Shown: positions 17,517-28,800 of the stretch, in pieces
Layout: each line of letters starts with the position of its first letter
Numbering within the stretch: the first letter of the stretch is position 1
Origin: a virus
DNA length: 64,000 nucleotides
Direction: 5' to 3' (one strand)
Virus record (IMG/VR): IMGVR_UViG_3300044638_006409
Location: 1 to 64,000 of that record
Made by a program: the position numbers and the translations under genes
Notes under the pieces: generated by a model
Told to the model about the DNA's origin: nothing
Databases searched by the model: none
The model's input: only the letters and a program-made list of their open reading frames with translations

Positions 17517-17545
17517 AACCCCATACAATAATGTGTGGGGTTTTT
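17517..17545 (+). terminator. Intrinsic terminator after tube gene
   Basis: AACCCCATAC...GTGTGGGGTT followed by Ts. Confidence 0.75.
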
Positions 17546-17588
17546 ATTTACATAGAATTAAGAAGGTGTATCTTTTAAGAAAAAAAAT

Positions 17589-18344
17589 ATGGACAGAGAA
17601 TTATTAGAAGCGGCAACCTCGAACTTTAATTTACCGCATGATGTAGTAAAACTACCTACGAATGGTATTTTTTATAAAAGTAAAAAAAAGTCAATCAAAG
17701 TTGGATACCTTACTGCAAGTGATGAAAATTTATTGGTGAATGCCAGAAATTCTAACAACAATGTAATAATTTCTTTGTTGAGGAATAAAATCTATGAACA
17801 CGACATTAAACCTGACGAGTTATTAGAAAGTGATATTCAAGCTATTTTAATTTTTCTGAGAAACACTTCATTCGGTCCTGAATACACCTTGAGTTTAGTT
17901 GACCCAAGAACAGAAAAATCATTTGAGGTTACAATATTATTAGATGAATTAAATTTAACTAAGTGTGAATACAAACCTGACGAAGATGGAACATTTACAA
18001 TTAAGTTACCTAGAAGTGGTGACACCTTAAAAGTTAAACCACTTACTATTGGTGAATCAAATGAATTGGAAAGTTTATCGGAGAATTACCCACAAGGTAG
18101 AGTTACCCCAATTATTACTTGGAGACTTAATAAAATGATAGTTTCAATAAATGGGAACGATGATAGAGGAATGATATCCACATATGTTGAGACTATGCCA
18201 ATTATGGATTCCAAATTCCTTAGAGTCTTTGTTAAAGACAATACACCAAGTTTAGACTTAAGAAAAACAGTAAAAGCCCCATCAGGAGAACTGGTGACAT
18301 TCAATGTCACATTTGGGGTCGACTTTTTTCGCCCTTTCTTCTAG
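17589..18344 (+). CDS. Tail/baseplate hub assembly chaperone (T4 gp26-like; lambda gpG position)
   Basis: VKLPTNGIFY, LIFLRNTSFG, IKLPRSG; C-terminal FFRPFF. Sits between tube and tape measure genes. Confidence 0.65.
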   Translation: MDRELLEAATSNFNLPHDVVKLPTNGIFYKSKKKSIKVGYLTASDENLLVNARNSNNNVIISLLRNKIYEHDIKPDELLESDIQAILIFLRNTSFGPEYTLSLVDPRTEKSFEVTILLDELNLTKCEYKPDEDGTFTIKLPRSGDTLKVKPLTIGESNELESLSENYPQGRVTPIITWRLNKMIVSINGNDDRGMISTYVETMPIMDSKFLRVFVKDNTPSLDLRKTVKAPSGELVTFNVTFGVDFFRPFF

Positions 18345-18486
18345 TTATAGTAAGTATTTGTTGGATGAATTCTTTTTGTTGGCTAAACATCTTAGAATAT
18401 CTTATACAGAATTTAATACTATACCTACCTATGTGAGAAAATATTTAATCAATAAAATCATAGAAGTTAACACTAATGAGGACTGA
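18304..18486 (+). CDS. Short ORF overlapping the chaperone in +1 frame; probable frameshift extension (gpT-like)
   Basis: EFFLLAKHLRISYTEFNTIPTYVRKYLI resembles the short helical gpT-type tails. The terminator follows this ORF. Confidence 0.6.
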   Translation: MSHLGSTFFALSSSYSKYLLDEFFLLAKHLRISYTEFNTIPTYVRKYLINKIIEVNTNED

Positions 18487-18506
18487 AAAATAAATCAGTC
18501 CTTTTT
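18479..18506 (+). terminator. Intrinsic terminator
   Basis: AGGACTGA-AAAATAAA-TCAGTCCT followed by TTTT. Confidence 0.65.
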
Positions 18507-18529
18507 GTATTTATAAATAAAAGAATTTT

Positions 18530-20452
18530 ATGGCAGGACCTAATCCAGATACAAACCCAGGAGGTGATTTTTTCCAAAAAATATTTGACTCAGGTTTAAA
18601 ACCTTGGTTTGATAAGTTTTTGGACTATGTTAATACAAACTTTGACGAAAGTAAGATTAGAAAAGTTTTATACGACACTGAGGTATCTTCCACAAATGTT
18701 TTGAAAACATTTGGTGTTGGTAGGGAAAGAATGGTTGACATCAGAAGTACAATGAGTGACGCTGTAGCAAGTGTTGTGGAATTGGGTGGAGAATTTTCAA
18801 ATATTGAAAACGCACAATTAGGTGTTTCACAAGCATTAAAAAGAAATGTTGTTTTAACTTCAGATTCTTTCAGAGAAATATATGCCTTATCAACACAAAC
18901 CAACAAAGAAATAAGTACTGTTGTAACTAATTTCAAAGATGTTGGTATTTCTGTTTACCAAATGGGTGATAAAGTGAATGAAGCTTTAGCTGTAAGTGCA
19001 AAGCTTGGTGTGAATGCTAGTGAGGTGATTGATACTATGTTAAACAATATGAGTACACTTAACAAATTTAATTTCGAGGGTGGGACTGAAGGTTTAGCTA
19101 GGATGGCAGCACATGCAACCTCTCTGAGATTTGATATGAAAGAAACTCTAAACTTAGCTGAAAAAGTTTTCAATCCAGAGGGTGCGATACAAGTTGCTGC
19201 AGCTATGCAAAGATTGGGTGTTGCACAATCAGACTTATTAGACCCACTGAGGTTAATGGATTTGTCACAAAATGACCCTGAAGAACTTCAAAAACAACTC
19301 GAACAAATGAGTAAAAGTTTTGTGAAGATGAAAGCGGATGGTACATTCGAAATATTACCAGGTGAAAAAAGAAGATTAAGAGAGATTGAAGACCAATTAG
19401 GAATGACTCAGGGTTCTTTGGCCAAACTTGCATTGAGTTCGAAAGAGGTTGACGAGAAAATGAAAAAAATTAGATTTGGTGGTGAATTTTCGGAAGAGGA
19501 ACAAAGATTTATCGCAAGTATTTCTGAAATCGGAAAGGGTGGTGATATGAGGATTAGACTAGATGGTGAAAACTTGGGTATAGATCAAGCTTTAGAGAAG
19601 TTCAGACAAGACCCCGATAAGTTGAAAGAAATAATGAAACCCAAAACGGCCGAGGACTTAGCAAAAGACCAATTGACAACACTAAAATCAATTGAAAAAT
19701 CTATGGAAACCTTGGCAAATAGAACTGGTTATGCAATGGCTGGAACCCCAGCAGTAACCGAATTTGAAAATGCACAAAGAAGATTAGCCGCATTAATACC
19801 AAGAATGGGAGAAGCACCAGGTTTGAAAACTGAGGACATACGAAAAGATTTATTTGGTACATTTGAACAAATGTTGACAGATGTTAGTGAAGGTAAAACG
19901 AGTATGAAGGATTTTGCAATAAACTTTTCTGAGAAAATGGAGGCGTATGGTAATAAATTAGGTAAATTCCCTGAACACACTGTTGAAGTTATCTCAAAAT
20001 TAGATACGAGCTCAAATAGATTTTTAAAGTTAGGTGAGGATATAATTGGATTAACTACAGAGTTGAAAAGTGCTGGTTTTCCTTCCTTGACAGCAGCACT
20101 TAAACAATTAATTAAAGCTGACATACCAAAACCCAACTCTGCTGAAGCAAAAGACTTCGAATTAAAGTTATTACCTATGGACACCGTGAAATTAGTTGGG
20201 GGAACTCACGAATCATTAAGGGAGGGTGGAACAAGCATGCCTACAAAAATGGAAATCCAACTAACACATAAAGTTGAAATTGATACAACTAAGAGTCCAC
20301 AACTGAATACTTCAGAGTTAAAACAAAGTTTGAAGACTGCCGATGTTGCTGATGCTGTACGAAGAGCTGTTGAGGATTCTATGAAAAGTTTTGGAAAAAC
20401 TGGTAAGCAACCACTTTTGGGTAATGATACAAGTGTTATTAAGAAACCATAA
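18530..20452 (+). CDS. Tape measure-like protein
   Basis: 640 aa, helical, Ala/Leu/Met/Lys-rich. Canonical position after the tail chaperone. Confidence 0.65.
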   Translation: MAGPNPDTNPGGDFFQKIFDSGLKPWFDKFLDYVNTNFDESKIRKVLYDTEVSSTNVLKTFGVGRERMVDIRSTMSDAVASVVELGGEFSNIENAQLGVSQALKRNVVLTSDSFREIYALSTQTNKEISTVVTNFKDVGISVYQMGDKVNEALAVSAKLGVNASEVIDTMLNNMSTLNKFNFEGGTEGLARMAAHATSLRFDMKETLNLAEKVFNPEGAIQVAAAMQRLGVAQSDLLDPLRLMDLSQNDPEELQKQLEQMSKSFVKMKADGTFEILPGEKRRLREIEDQLGMTQGSLAKLALSSKEVDEKMKKIRFGGEFSEEEQRFIASISEIGKGGDMRIRLDGENLGIDQALEKFRQDPDKLKEIMKPKTAEDLAKDQLTTLKSIEKSMETLANRTGYAMAGTPAVTEFENAQRRLAALIPRMGEAPGLKTEDIRKDLFGTFEQMLTDVSEGKTSMKDFAINFSEKMEAYGNKLGKFPEHTVEVISKLDTSSNRFLKLGEDIIGLTTELKSAGFPSLTAALKQLIKADIPKPNSAEAKDFELKLLPMDTVKLVGGTHESLREGGTSMPTKMEIQLTHKVEIDTTKSPQLNTSELKQSLKTADVADAVRRAVEDSMKSFGKTGKQPLLGNDTSVIKKP

Positions 20453-20480
20453 AAAAAACTATTTATAGTGAAAAGAACCG

Positions 20481-23400
20481 ATGTCAAATAGTCCATTATC
20501 GTTCCAAGCGACAACAATATTTAGAAAGGATTTATTGGTGAGGAATTTGAAACCTTACACAGTACCAGGTTTCTTTATACCTAATACTGGTAACCGAAAT
20601 ACACAATACACACCAAGAGATTTGAGTGTTGTTGACACACCAAATGATTTAATTGAAAATCCACCAAAAGCCGATGAATTATACAAGCTAAATAACTATG
20701 GTCCTGAGGGTGGTTATTTTGATGTTACTATTAATAATAAGTTACCAGTAAAACCAAATCAGGGTGAATATAACCCTAACGATACAAAGATGGATTTGGT
20801 CAATGAATTTTTCATCGATACTGCATTCATAGAAAACAAATATGGACCTGAAGGTGGGTTTAATCAGATGGTTATTATTGATGATATCCAAAACAATAAT
20901 AAATTATATCTACCATATTGGGAGCTTTCACCTGTAAATTTTGTACCATCTTCGTACGCCGCATATAATATATTCAATTCTGAAAATCCGATAGGTACTG
21001 ATGGATTATTGTCCCAAGACTCAAGTTTGGCAAAAATAAGTGCAACTGAGTTAAAAAAACAATTTCAGTATCGAGTTAATATTGAAACAAGTACTAAGAC
21101 AGTTGGTACCATTAATATGGATACTTTTAAAGACCCATATCAAGCTAGTTTACTTGTTTCAGGAAGAGAAAAAATTTATTATCAAAATTGGAGGATTACA
21201 GTTTCAGACCAACCAAATTCATCTACTGACTTTGGTAGTAGACTACAAGGTACTTATTACCCAAGTTCACCAATACCTGGTGATTACTTTGCACCTACAG
21301 AAATAAATGGGGGTGAAAATAGACAAACATTAAGTGCACTAAACTCAGTAAATCGATTGTTTGGGAACGCCTTAGGACCGATTATCACAAACACGAACAA
21401 CCCCTCAATAACATTTATTCAAAATACTGGTAATGCTCAAAGGTCTAGTTTATTTCAGAATTTAGAATTAAATAGATATCAACCCCCATATAGTAAAGAT
21501 AATACAAATCAAAACACAGGACAATCAAGTGCTACTTTAAATTTAACACTGAATGGCACACAACCAGTTAGTACAGTTGGTGGTTACTATGTAGGTAGTA
21601 AAAACGCAGAACCATCATTAATAACTTCACCACCAAATCAAGTTCCTGTTGATGCTTTTGGTAGACAACAACAAGCACCAGTATTTGGTAATTCCGAGAT
21701 GGGTATTCTATTTGAAGGAAATCAGAATCAAATCAATTTTGGTTTAGCAGGTAAATCCTTTTCTGATGGTGGGGGTATTGATGGTGATTTTGTTTGGATT
21801 TCACCAAAGTATAGGGCTGACGCTGGTTTCAGAGCAACTCCTGGTGGAGGAGCCGGTACTTTGGATGACGAATTTAACTTAATTAGTTCGAAATATCAAA
21901 GTAGTCAGTCAACAAATATTGATTTTAAACCCACATCTATATTGGATGAAACTCAGAGGTTAATTAATTCAGCGGATAGCCTCCAAGGTATTGCAAGGCT
22001 AAAACATGTTGGTAATGCTATCAATCAAGTTAGTAAAGTATTCAATGATGGATATAAGGAATTAACAAAAGGGTCAAAAGTATTAAGTTATACAGATAAT
22101 ACTACTGGTATAGAAGTTGGAAGAGAATATTGTAGAATTTTTGCTAAAGATACACCTTATTACACATTTAAAGACCTTCAGAAAACAGATGGTATCACTA
22201 CTAGTGGTAGGAGATTCACTAATTCTGTTTTGGATAGAACATACAATTTAAATATATCACCAACAAGAAATCCTGGTTCAACAAACATACAACCGAATGC
22301 AAGAGGACAATTGGTTGCTAAAAAATATATGTTCTCTATTGAAAATTTAGCATGGAGAACATCAAGTAAACCAGGTTTTACTTATGATGATTTACCCGCT
22401 TGTGAAAGAGGACCTAATGGTGGTAGGGTAATGTGGTTTCCACCTTATGACTTATCATTTTCAGATTCTAGTAATGCAAACTTTGGTAGTACATCATTTT
22501 TGGGTAGACCTGAACCAATTTATACCTATAAAGATACAAGTAGGTCAGGTACATTAAGTTGGAAAATAATTGTTGACCACCCATCAATTATGAATGTTAT
22601 TGTTGACAAACAACTTAAGGGGATTAATAAACAAAAAGTTGATTCTATTTTAGATTCTTTTTTTGCTGGTTGTGTAAAATATGATATTTACGAATTGGCG
22701 AAAAAGTTCAACACTATACCTATAGCTGATTTATTTACTTATCAAGAAATAATCAATTCACCGAGACTTACACCTGAAGAATTGATAGGTGTTGGTAAAG
22801 AAATTAAAGGTAGTGCCGATGGTGAGTTACCAACGGGAGGGGTTAGTACTATGGGTGGTGCTGGTGGAGCAAGTGCTATGGGTGGTGGAAGTACTATGGG
22901 TAACCCCCCTAACTTAGCAGCGGACTTCAAAGGAAAATACTCTGAATTTGGATTTTATTTCGATAATGACATACCGAAACCTAACACTACTCCACAATAT
23001 GATACGACTTATAATTCATATGTTGGTTCGAAAAATAATTATATTAGAGACGCAAACGATGTCTTCAACTCAAGTGGAACTTATTGTAAAACAAACACAA
23101 CTTATTGTAATGAACAAAAAAATGTGGGACAATTTTTCGATTCAGTTGTACAATCTAATTATACAAAATTTTCTGAAGGATTTATAAATGACTTATACAA
23201 TGTATTCAAAGATAATGCTGAGACAACAGTTACTTTAGAATTAGTTGGTTCGGCATCAGAGTTAGGTGGGGAAACATATAATTTGGATCTATCTAAAAGA
23301 AGGATAGCTTCAGTTAAACAATTTTTGGAAAATTATAAAACAACTACTGGTGCTAGTTTGAAAGAGTATTTTAGTAAAATATCAATCAAAGAAGTCCCAA

Positions 23401-25541
23401 AAGGTGAAGTGTTAACTGTATCCCCTCTCGCAACAGATGGGTTAGCTTTTAGTCCTGTCAACTGTAATAAAAAAATTGAACCACAAAGTAATAGTAAGGC
23501 TCAAATTTATTCTATAAACGCTATGGCTTGTAGGAGAGTTATTCTTAAAGTAGTTGATATAGTGTCACCGAGTAAAACAAAACAAGAACAACAACCTGAT
23601 AATAAGAATGTTAGTGGTGACGAACCCAAAACTCCTGATAAATTTGAAATTCAGCGTACTAAAACACTTAGAGAAACATCATCAGTTGACTACACTCAAA
23701 AACTAAAAGATGGAATTGGAAAAAGAATTTTAAGAAATCTTTTGACTGAGTGTGATTATTTTGAGGTTATAAAGGATGAGTCACCTATGATATATGATTC
23801 AATTAGAGAAAAAATTAGATATTTTAACCCATCCTTCCACTCAATGACACCTGAGGGATTAAATTCTAGGCTTACTTTTTTAAATCAATGTGTAAGACCT
23901 GGTGAAACTATCCCGGTGATTGGTACTGATGGTAAACCTAAATTCAACGATGCCTTAAACACTTCATTCGGGACACCCCCAATTTTAGTTTTAAGAATTG
24001 GAGATTTTTACCATACCAAAATAGTTCCTGATGGGGTAAGTTTTTCATATGAAAATAATCTTTTAGATTTAAATCCTGAAGGTATTGGTGTACAACCTAT
24101 GATAGTTAAGGTAACTATGAATTTCAAAATCATTGGTGGTATGGGTTTAGCAAAACCAATCGAACAACTTCAGAACGCTTTATCATTTAATTACTATGCC
24201 AATACAGAAATATATGATGAAAGAGCTACACCTACAGAGGATACTACTGCAATCGATAAATCTATAATCGATGATTTAATAGCTCAACAACCATCTAAAT
24301 TACTACAGAATTCTACACCACAAGCAACAAATGATGGTGGTGATACAATTGGTGAGATAGTTACTAATATACCAGCACCAGCAGGACAAGTAGGACAAAC
24401 AGGTGAAATTGTTTACAAATCAATTATGGACAAGTTGTTAGATGAGTCACCTAAATATTTTGAAGGTCTTGTAAATAAATTGGAGAGTATATTCAAGGAA
24501 TACAACTATGGAATTATCCAAATTTTGGATATCAAAAGAAATTATACCAATGGAAAATTATTTAATGACGAAGATATAAATAGTACAAATGGTGAGGAAA
24601 TAAAGATTTATGGTAAACCCACCTATGAATCTGATATAGACCAAGAATTTACAACTTATATTAATAACATAAATAACAATAAAAATCCTTTGGTTAAATA
24701 TATGGCTGAGTTTTTTAAGGATTCAACCAACGGAAAAAATCCATTTATAGATGTACTTAAGAAGAATATGGTACAATATACCGAGTCATTGAAACCTCGA
24801 TATAAACAAGGTATCACTACAAATCTACAAGATTTAACTCAACTTCAACAAACTTATGTACAATTATTTAGAAAAATTAATTTAATTATCAAAAAGACTG
24901 ATGGGAAACTTTTGGATACCAACTCACCAAGAGTCTATAATCTTATACCAACAACCGATGTTGCCAGTCAAGCAACAACACCTGATACTTATGAAGAATT
25001 AAAAACCGACTATCTTAAGTTCAAACAAGTATTTGATGGGTATAATAAGGTTTTGACTGATAACGAAATTGCTTTCTTTCAAGACGAAAACCCAACAAAA
25101 AAATACACATTTAGTCAGATTACTGATGGAGACGATGCTAATTTCTTTTTGATTATGGGAAGAATTCTGACTGATAAAACAAAAAAAGATGATTTCATAA
25201 GAAGTGTAATCAAAGGTAATCTTACTGGTGTTAAATCACCTGTGAATTTCAAAAACAAATTCGAAAAGATTGTTAACGAGTGGGAAAACAAATCAACGAA
25301 ACAAATTAATGTTGATGAAAAAAAATTCGACAAAGTGAAAAAAAGTAAAAAATACAAAGACTACACTAAAAATCTTAAGGATGATACATATAAAAAAGGT
25401 AAGGTAAGAAAGTTTAATTATACAACTGTCAAAGACCAAGCTAAGGTACAAACACAAGAAACAAAAATAAAGGAGTTATATCAACAGAAAAGTACCGAGA
25501 GTGGGAAAACATCATTCTTGAATACCTACAAATTTAATTAA
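20481..25541 (+). CDS. Large baseplate/tail-tube initiator-like protein with internal OmpA-like domain
   Basis: Tube-initiator-type segments FLGRPEPIYTYKDTSRSGTLSW and PPILVLRIGDFY...PMIVKVTMNF flank FYFDND...LVGSAS...YNLDLSKRRIASVKQFL...RRV. Confidence 0.6.
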   Translation: MSNSPLSFQATTIFRKDLLVRNLKPYTVPGFFIPNTGNRNTQYTPRDLSVVDTPNDLIENPPKADELYKLNNYGPEGGYFDVTINNKLPVKPNQGEYNPNDTKMDLVNEFFIDTAFIENKYGPEGGFNQMVIIDDIQNNNKLYLPYWELSPVNFVPSSYAAYNIFNSENPIGTDGLLSQDSSLAKISATELKKQFQYRVNIETSTKTVGTINMDTFKDPYQASLLVSGREKIYYQNWRITVSDQPNSSTDFGSRLQGTYYPSSPIPGDYFAPTEINGGENRQTLSALNSVNRLFGNALGPIITNTNNPSITFIQNTGNAQRSSLFQNLELNRYQPPYSKDNTNQNTGQSSATLNLTLNGTQPVSTVGGYYVGSKNAEPSLITSPPNQVPVDAFGRQQQAPVFGNSEMGILFEGNQNQINFGLAGKSFSDGGGIDGDFVWISPKYRADAGFRATPGGGAGTLDDEFNLISSKYQSSQSTNIDFKPTSILDETQRLINSADSLQGIARLKHVGNAINQVSKVFNDGYKELTKGSKVLSYTDNTTGIEVGREYCRIFAKDTPYYTFKDLQKTDGITTSGRRFTNSVLDRTYNLNISPTRNPGSTNIQPNARGQLVAKKYMFSIENLAWRTSSKPGFTYDDLPACERGPNGGRVMWFPPYDLSFSDSSNANFGSTSFLGRPEPIYTYKDTSRSGTLSWKIIVDHPSIMNVIVDKQLKGINKQKVDSILDSFFAGCVKYDIYELAKKFNTIPIADLFTYQEIINSPRLTPEELIGVGKEIKGSADGELPTGGVSTMGGAGGASAMGGGSTMGNPPNLAADFKGKYSEFGFYFDNDIPKPNTTPQYDTTYNSYVGSKNNYIRDANDVFNSSGTYCKTNTTYCNEQKNVGQFFDSVVQSNYTKFSEGFINDLYNVFKDNAETTVTLELVGSASELGGETYNLDLSKRRIASVKQFLENYKTTTGASLKEYFSKISIKEVPKGEVLTVSPLATDGLAFSPVNCNKKIEPQSNSKAQIYSINAMACRRVILKVVDIVSPSKTKQEQQPDNKNVSGDEPKTPDKFEIQRTKTLRETSSVDYTQKLKDGIGKRILRNLLTECDYFEVIKDESPMIYDSIREKIRYFNPSFHSMTPEGLNSRLTFLNQCVRPGETIPVIGTDGKPKFNDALNTSFGTPPILVLRIGDFYHTKIVPDGVSFSYENNLLDLNPEGIGVQPMIVKVTMNFKIIGGMGLAKPIEQLQNALSFNYYANTEIYDERATPTEDTTAIDKSIIDDLIAQQPSKLLQNSTPQATNDGGDTIGEIVTNIPAPAGQVGQTGEIVYKSIMDKLLDESPKYFEGLVNKLESIFKEYNYGIIQILDIKRNYTNGKLFNDEDINSTNGEEIKIYGKPTYESDIDQEFTTYINNINNNKNPLVKYMAEFFKDSTNGKNPFIDVLKKNMVQYTESLKPRYKQGITTNLQDLTQLQQTYVQLFRKINLIIKKTDGKLLDTNSPRVYNLIPTTDVASQATTPDTYEELKTDYLKFKQVFDGYNKVLTDNEIAFFQDENPTKKYTFSQITDGDDANFFLIMGRILTDKTKKDDFIRSVIKGNLTGVKSPVNFKNKFEKIVNEWENKSTKQINVDEKKFDKVKKSKKYKDYTKNLKDDTYKKGKVRKFNYTTVKDQAKVQTQETKIKELYQQKSTESGKTSFLNTYKFN

Positions 25542-25543
25542 AA

Positions 25544-25867
25544 ATGGCATTACAGACATATAATAGATATAATGAGTTTCAAATAGATGGACAACAAACA
25601 GTTGTACCATATATAAATTTACCATCGAAGACATCTGATAAAAGATATATCTATAAAATTGGACAATCTCGTATGGATAAAATATCACAACAATATTATG
25701 GTACACCAGTTTTTGGTTGGTTAATTATGTTAGCCAATCCAAATTATGTTGGTGGTGAATGGAACATACCTGATGGTACTATATTGACAATTCCATATCC
25801 GTTGATAACTTCATTACAAGACTACAAAAGCGAGTTGAATAACTATTTCTTTTATTATGGTAGATAA
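25544..25867 (+). CDS. LysM-like baseplate protein (T4 gp53/P2 gpX-like)
   Basis: RMDKISQQYYG...WLIMLANP...IPDGTILTIP. Confidence 0.8.
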   Translation: MALQTYNRYNEFQIDGQQTVVPYINLPSKTSDKRYIYKIGQSRMDKISQQYYGTPVFGWLIMLANPNYVGGEWNIPDGTILTIPYPLITSLQDYKSELNNYFFYYGR

Positions 25868-28800
25868 TTCAGAAAACATTTTAGTTGAGTTTGATTATAA
25901 CAATATTTTTTTAGTTGACCCTAATAAAGTAATTGACAACAATGGAAAAGCTCAAGACAGATTAATTAAACATGAAAATTTAGTAATATATGCTAACTTG
26001 GAGTGTAAAGTATTACCTAGAACAAAATTAGCTTTAGGGGTGGCATCCAATGATGCTGTACAAAACATAACAGTTGCATCAATTAATTTTTTGAATCCTG
26101 GTAAAAAAACTTATTTGGATAATTCTTATACTGATGAACTGACAGGAAAAGATACCTTACAAGGTAGGGGTGTAAATCAACCCAAATTAGAAAAAGTTGG
26201 ATTTACAAATGAAAAGAAAGAACCTGATTATTTTATAAGACAACAAACCCTATCAAGTGGAAGACTAGGTTCAGTGGATAATGGTTTATTGGGTATCACT
26301 TCTATTAGTATTAGACAGAATACTTCGATGGAACCACAAGTAACTATTCAAATGGAGGATGTTAAGGGTAGAGCACTCTTCGAATCTGGAGATAATTCAC
26401 CATATGCCCCATTCTTTAATTTACCATATCCATTATTCTATTTAACTATTAAAGGTTATTTTGGTAAGGCCATTAGACTTCCCTTGATGTTACATAAATT
26501 TAATGCCAGATATGACACATCAAATGGTAATTTTAAAATCCAATTAGATTTTTTCACATATAAGTTTTCATTATTATCAGAAGTTGCTGTTGGGTCTCTC
26601 CAAGCAGTACCCCATATGTACACTTCAAAATTTAATGTCACTAAAATTAATAACACGCTTTCACCCACAGATACAAAAACTCCTGAAACAATAACAAGAG
26701 GCTATCAAAAAATAAAGGAAGTATATTCAGATTATATTTCTAAGGGATTATTACCTGACAATTTTCCACAACTAACTTTAGTACAACTACAAAATAACTT
26801 GAAGTTGTTCTTAAAAAATGAATTAGGTGAGTTTACAAAACAAAATTTGAAACCAATTACTGATGCTGATACATATTTAGATGTTTTAAATCAGTATAGG
26901 GGTGAAATAAAAAATTATGAAACTTCTTGGTTTAACACATATTGTGATAGACAACAAAATTTTTTCATCATCCAAAGAGGTAATGAGCTTATACCAATTT
27001 TTACATTAAAAGAGGGTTATAGAACTGATCCAAACAATAAAAAAGAAGCACAAAGTAAGTTACTTGAAATTGTCAATCGATACAACAATCTACTTAGTGA
27101 AAATGAAACTTTTGGTAAAAACAAGACATATACTATTGGTAATAAACCACCAGTAAAATCTGAAATTAATAACAGAATACAATTTGATTCTTTCCAAAAA
27201 GGGGGAACATTTGTTTTTAATACACCAATTGACTTCGGTACTCAGGCTGGTGAGGGTAATGTTAGATTAGATGAGACATGGAGACTAAAAAAATCTGTGG
27301 CTCAACCAACAGTACCTGACTATCAAACTCTTAGAAAGGAATTAATAAATTCAGATATTGCAAAAAACACCGATGATTATCCGTTCTTTTATTTTTCAGG
27401 TACTGGTTCATTCAATGAATGTATCGACCAAATGGAAAAGGATTTAAACACTTTAATCAATCAAATTGAAGAAGAAATAACAACAGAATTGTCTTTTTTT
27501 CTTCAAAACAAAACTAGTACTTTAGGTTTCAAACCAACGATAAGGAATGTACTCGGGGTAATATTTGCAAATGGGGAAGCTTTTATGAGATTATTAGATG
27601 ATACTCATTCGAAAGCATGGGATGCTAGAGACAACAAAGATAAGAAAGCGGTAATATTTGATCCAGCTATAAGTTCAGCATCCCCAGATATACCACAATT
27701 AGGTCAAACACTTAATCAACCTGTATATCCGTGGCCACAATTTATTGTCCAAACTGGTGGTCAAAATGGAAAAGAAAAGTACGAAATTAAATATCCTGCT
27801 GATTCCGATGTAATTGGTAGAACTAAAGCGAATAACCCTAATGTTTGGCCTGAGGTAGAATTTGTTGAGGAGTATATAAGAGGTTTTACAAAGAGATTAG
27901 CAGCACCAAATTTCGGTGTTACAACAAACAACGAATTGAAAGATGTTTTAAGACTATCTTTTAACGCCATTGAATTCCCAATCGAGAACAATGTTTACTT
28001 CAACAAAGAAGAAGTAAAATTCTATTATGAAATTTATGAAAGAATACTTTGGATTTCTAATTATTCTAAACTATCTCGTTCATATAATTTTACATCTGCC
28101 TTGGATAAAATTACAACTGTGATAGCAGATTCTGAAGTTACCAACATCAAAAATAGTTTAGGTAAGGATAATCCTTTTCTATCCGACAAATTAAAAAATT
28201 ATGCTGTAAATTTAACAAATCTAAAACAATTTTCGAATGGTGGTTTTGGTGAAAGCTGGCAAAATTTCATAAGAGGTATATTCAACACATCATACATTAA
28301 AAATAAAACGGAAAATGCACAAATAGAATTCTTTTTACCTAATTTTTTGAATAATTCTGTAACTACACCGAAAGCTGATATTACAAGTATTGAAAAATTA
28401 CAAACATACATTTCCGATAATAGTGAGACAAATGTATTCGATTTCACAGATACCTATCCATTTACTAATAAACAATGGATAACTCAGTATCTATCCAATG
28501 GTGTTGAATTTACTAATCCAATTTTGGCCTTCGACACGAGAAAATCTGTTTTCTATAATGATTTGAAAAAAACAATTACAAACTTTGAGAAAAATGGTGA
28601 GAATAGAAATTTCAACAGACCTTTCTCTAATTTTTCGTACTTGAACAAAACACCAACCAACTTTTTATCTCAAGGATTGACACCCCCACTTAAAACATTT
28701 TACGAAAATAGACAATCAAATCAAACTTTTATTACTGAAGGACGAGTTGAATATTCTAATTATAATGATGGATTAGTTAGTGCAAAACAAACAACTTCAA

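Noticed and set aside
18321-18330. Canonical -1 frameshift at T TTT TTC
   Set aside because: The downstream ORF is in the +1 frame relative to the chaperone, so a -1 slip would not reach it.
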